From an uncultured Chloroflexia bacterium (GTDB taxonomy: Bacteria; Chloroflexota; Limnocylindria; QHBO01), in NCBI GenBank assembly GCA_963759405.1, contig CAVWZA010000010.1, positions 128,422-192,421 on the forward strand: 64,000 nucleotides of DNA, in the 5' to 3' direction. Made by a program: the position numbers and the translations under genes. This document shows, in pieces, positions 63,024-64,000 of this stretch. The notes under the pieces are model-generated. The model ran no database searches. It saw nothing but the letters and a program-made list of their open reading frames with translations, and was not told the DNA's origin. Position 1 is the first letter of the stretch. Every line of letters starts with the position of its first letter.

Positions 63024-64000
63024 CGGGCCGCTCCCGCCAGCGCCGTGGCGTCGAGCCGGTCCGCGCCGAGCTCGTCGAGAAGCGTGCGCTGCTCGTTCTC
63101 GCCGTCGCGGCGCGCGGCGGCCTGGGTCCGCACCGGCAGGCCCCAGATGGCGATGAACCCGACCGCCGACGCGTGGTCGAAGCGGTCGCCGGCGTCGTAG
63201 GTCGCCAGACCGATGTCGTACAGCGAGTGCGGCGAGCGGCGGCCGATGACGGCGGCGCTGCCGGGCACGAACCGCATCCGGACCTCGCCGCTCACGTAGC
63301 GCTGGGTGTGCGTCACGAAGGCCCGCAGCGCAACGCCGAGCTCGCTGAACCACAGGCCGTCATAGGCCAGCGTGGCGAGCCGATCGCCGACCGATCGCTT
63401 GTAGGCCAGGAGCTCGCGCGAGAGGGTCAGCTGCTCGAGCGCAGCGTGCGCCGCGTGCAGGACCACGGCGGCCGGCGCCTCGTAGATCTCGCGGCTCTTG
63501 ATGCCGATGAGCCGGTCCTCGACGTGGTCGATGCGACCGATGCCGTGGGCGCCCGCGGCGTGGTTGAGCCGCTCGACCAGCTCGACGCCGTCGAGGCGCT
63601 CCCCGTCGATCGAGACCGGCACGCCCTCCTCGAAGCCGATGACGATCTCGCGCGGCGTCCGCGGCGCATCGGCCGGGTCGACCGTCCAGGCGAACGCATC
63701 GGCAGGCGGGGCCGCCCACGGATCCTCGAGCACGCCGGCCTCGATCGAGCGTCCCCACAGGTTGACGTCGATGCTGAACGGCGAGCTCGGCCCCGACGGA
63801 ACGTCGATGCCGCGCTCGCGCGCATAGGCGAGCTCCTCGTCGCGGGTCATGCCCATCCCGACCCGCATCGGTGCGATGACGCGGAGGGACGGATCAAGGG
63901 CGGCCACCGCCACGTCGAAACGCACCTGGTCGTTGCCCTTGCCCGTGCAGCCGTGCGCGACCAGTCCAGCGCCGCTCTCGTGCGCCGCCTCGACCAGCAG
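63020..64000 (-). CDS. argG: Argininosuccinate synthase (5' end outside the window)
   Basis: AHGCTGKGNDQVRFD, GMTRDEELAYARERGI, SIDVNLWGRSIEAG, GIGRIDHVEDRLIGIKSREIYEAPAA. Confidence 0.9.
   Translation of the reverse strand: MLVEAAHESGAGLVAHGCTGKGNDQVRFDVAVAALDPSLRVIAPMRVGMGMTRDEELAYARERGIDVPSGPSSPFSIDVNLWGRSIEAGVLEDPWAAPPADAFAWTVDPADAPRTPREIVIGFEEGVPVSIDGERLDGVELVERLNHAAGAHGIGRIDHVEDRLIGIKSREIYEAPAAVVLHAAHAALEQLTLSRELLAYKRSVGDRLATLAYDGLWFSELGVALRAFVTHTQRYVSGEVRMRFVPGSAAVIGRRSPHSLYDIGLATYDAGDRFDHASAVGFIAIWGLPVRTQAAARRDGENEQRTLLDELGADRLDATALAGAAR

Overview
Very GC-rich bacterial chromosomal segment (judged by eye, not computed). The gene content looks actinobacterial: an ImuA'-ImuB-DnaE2 mutasome, a TipAL-type MerR regulator, a MoaD-MoaE fusion, an F420-type LLM oxidoreductase and many lipobox lipoproteins. 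Chloroflexota cannot be excluded. I can support about 70 genes, and most are core housekeeping genes in tightly packed operons. On the plus strand: pseudouridine catabolism psuK-psuG, pyrG, rho, cell-wall hydrolases, obgE-nadD-rsfS, a NitT/TauT-type ABC importer, a TetR / PEP-utilising phosphotransferase / TipAL-like module, imuA'-imuB, dnaE2, an S8 protease and a cupin-cyclase. On the minus strand: an agmatinase-family enzyme, a UbiA prenyltransferase, tRNA-Ala / GNAT / leuS / comEA / comEC / HD / holA, an Rrf2 regulator, aapJQMP, a second tRNA-Ala, a VIT transporter and argG-argA(short)-argD-argF. I saw no CRISPR array, transposase, integrase or phage genes. I could not find a convincing new multi-gene system. 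The best leads are: (1) the SOS mutasome, with two near-identical LexA-box promoters, an ImuB C-terminal domain encoded as a separate coupled ORF, and a large atypical insertion in DnaE2; (2) an antibiotic-response-like module with a tipA-type 19-bp-spacer promoter; (3) a structured leader upstream of an M23 peptidase gene. One caveat dominates: about 55 reading-frame breaks interrupt conserved genes, including essential ones. These most likely reflect indel errors in the assembly, so gene boundaries given for 'frameshifted' genes are reconstructions. The many long alternative-frame and antisense ORFs in the track are GC-driven artefacts.
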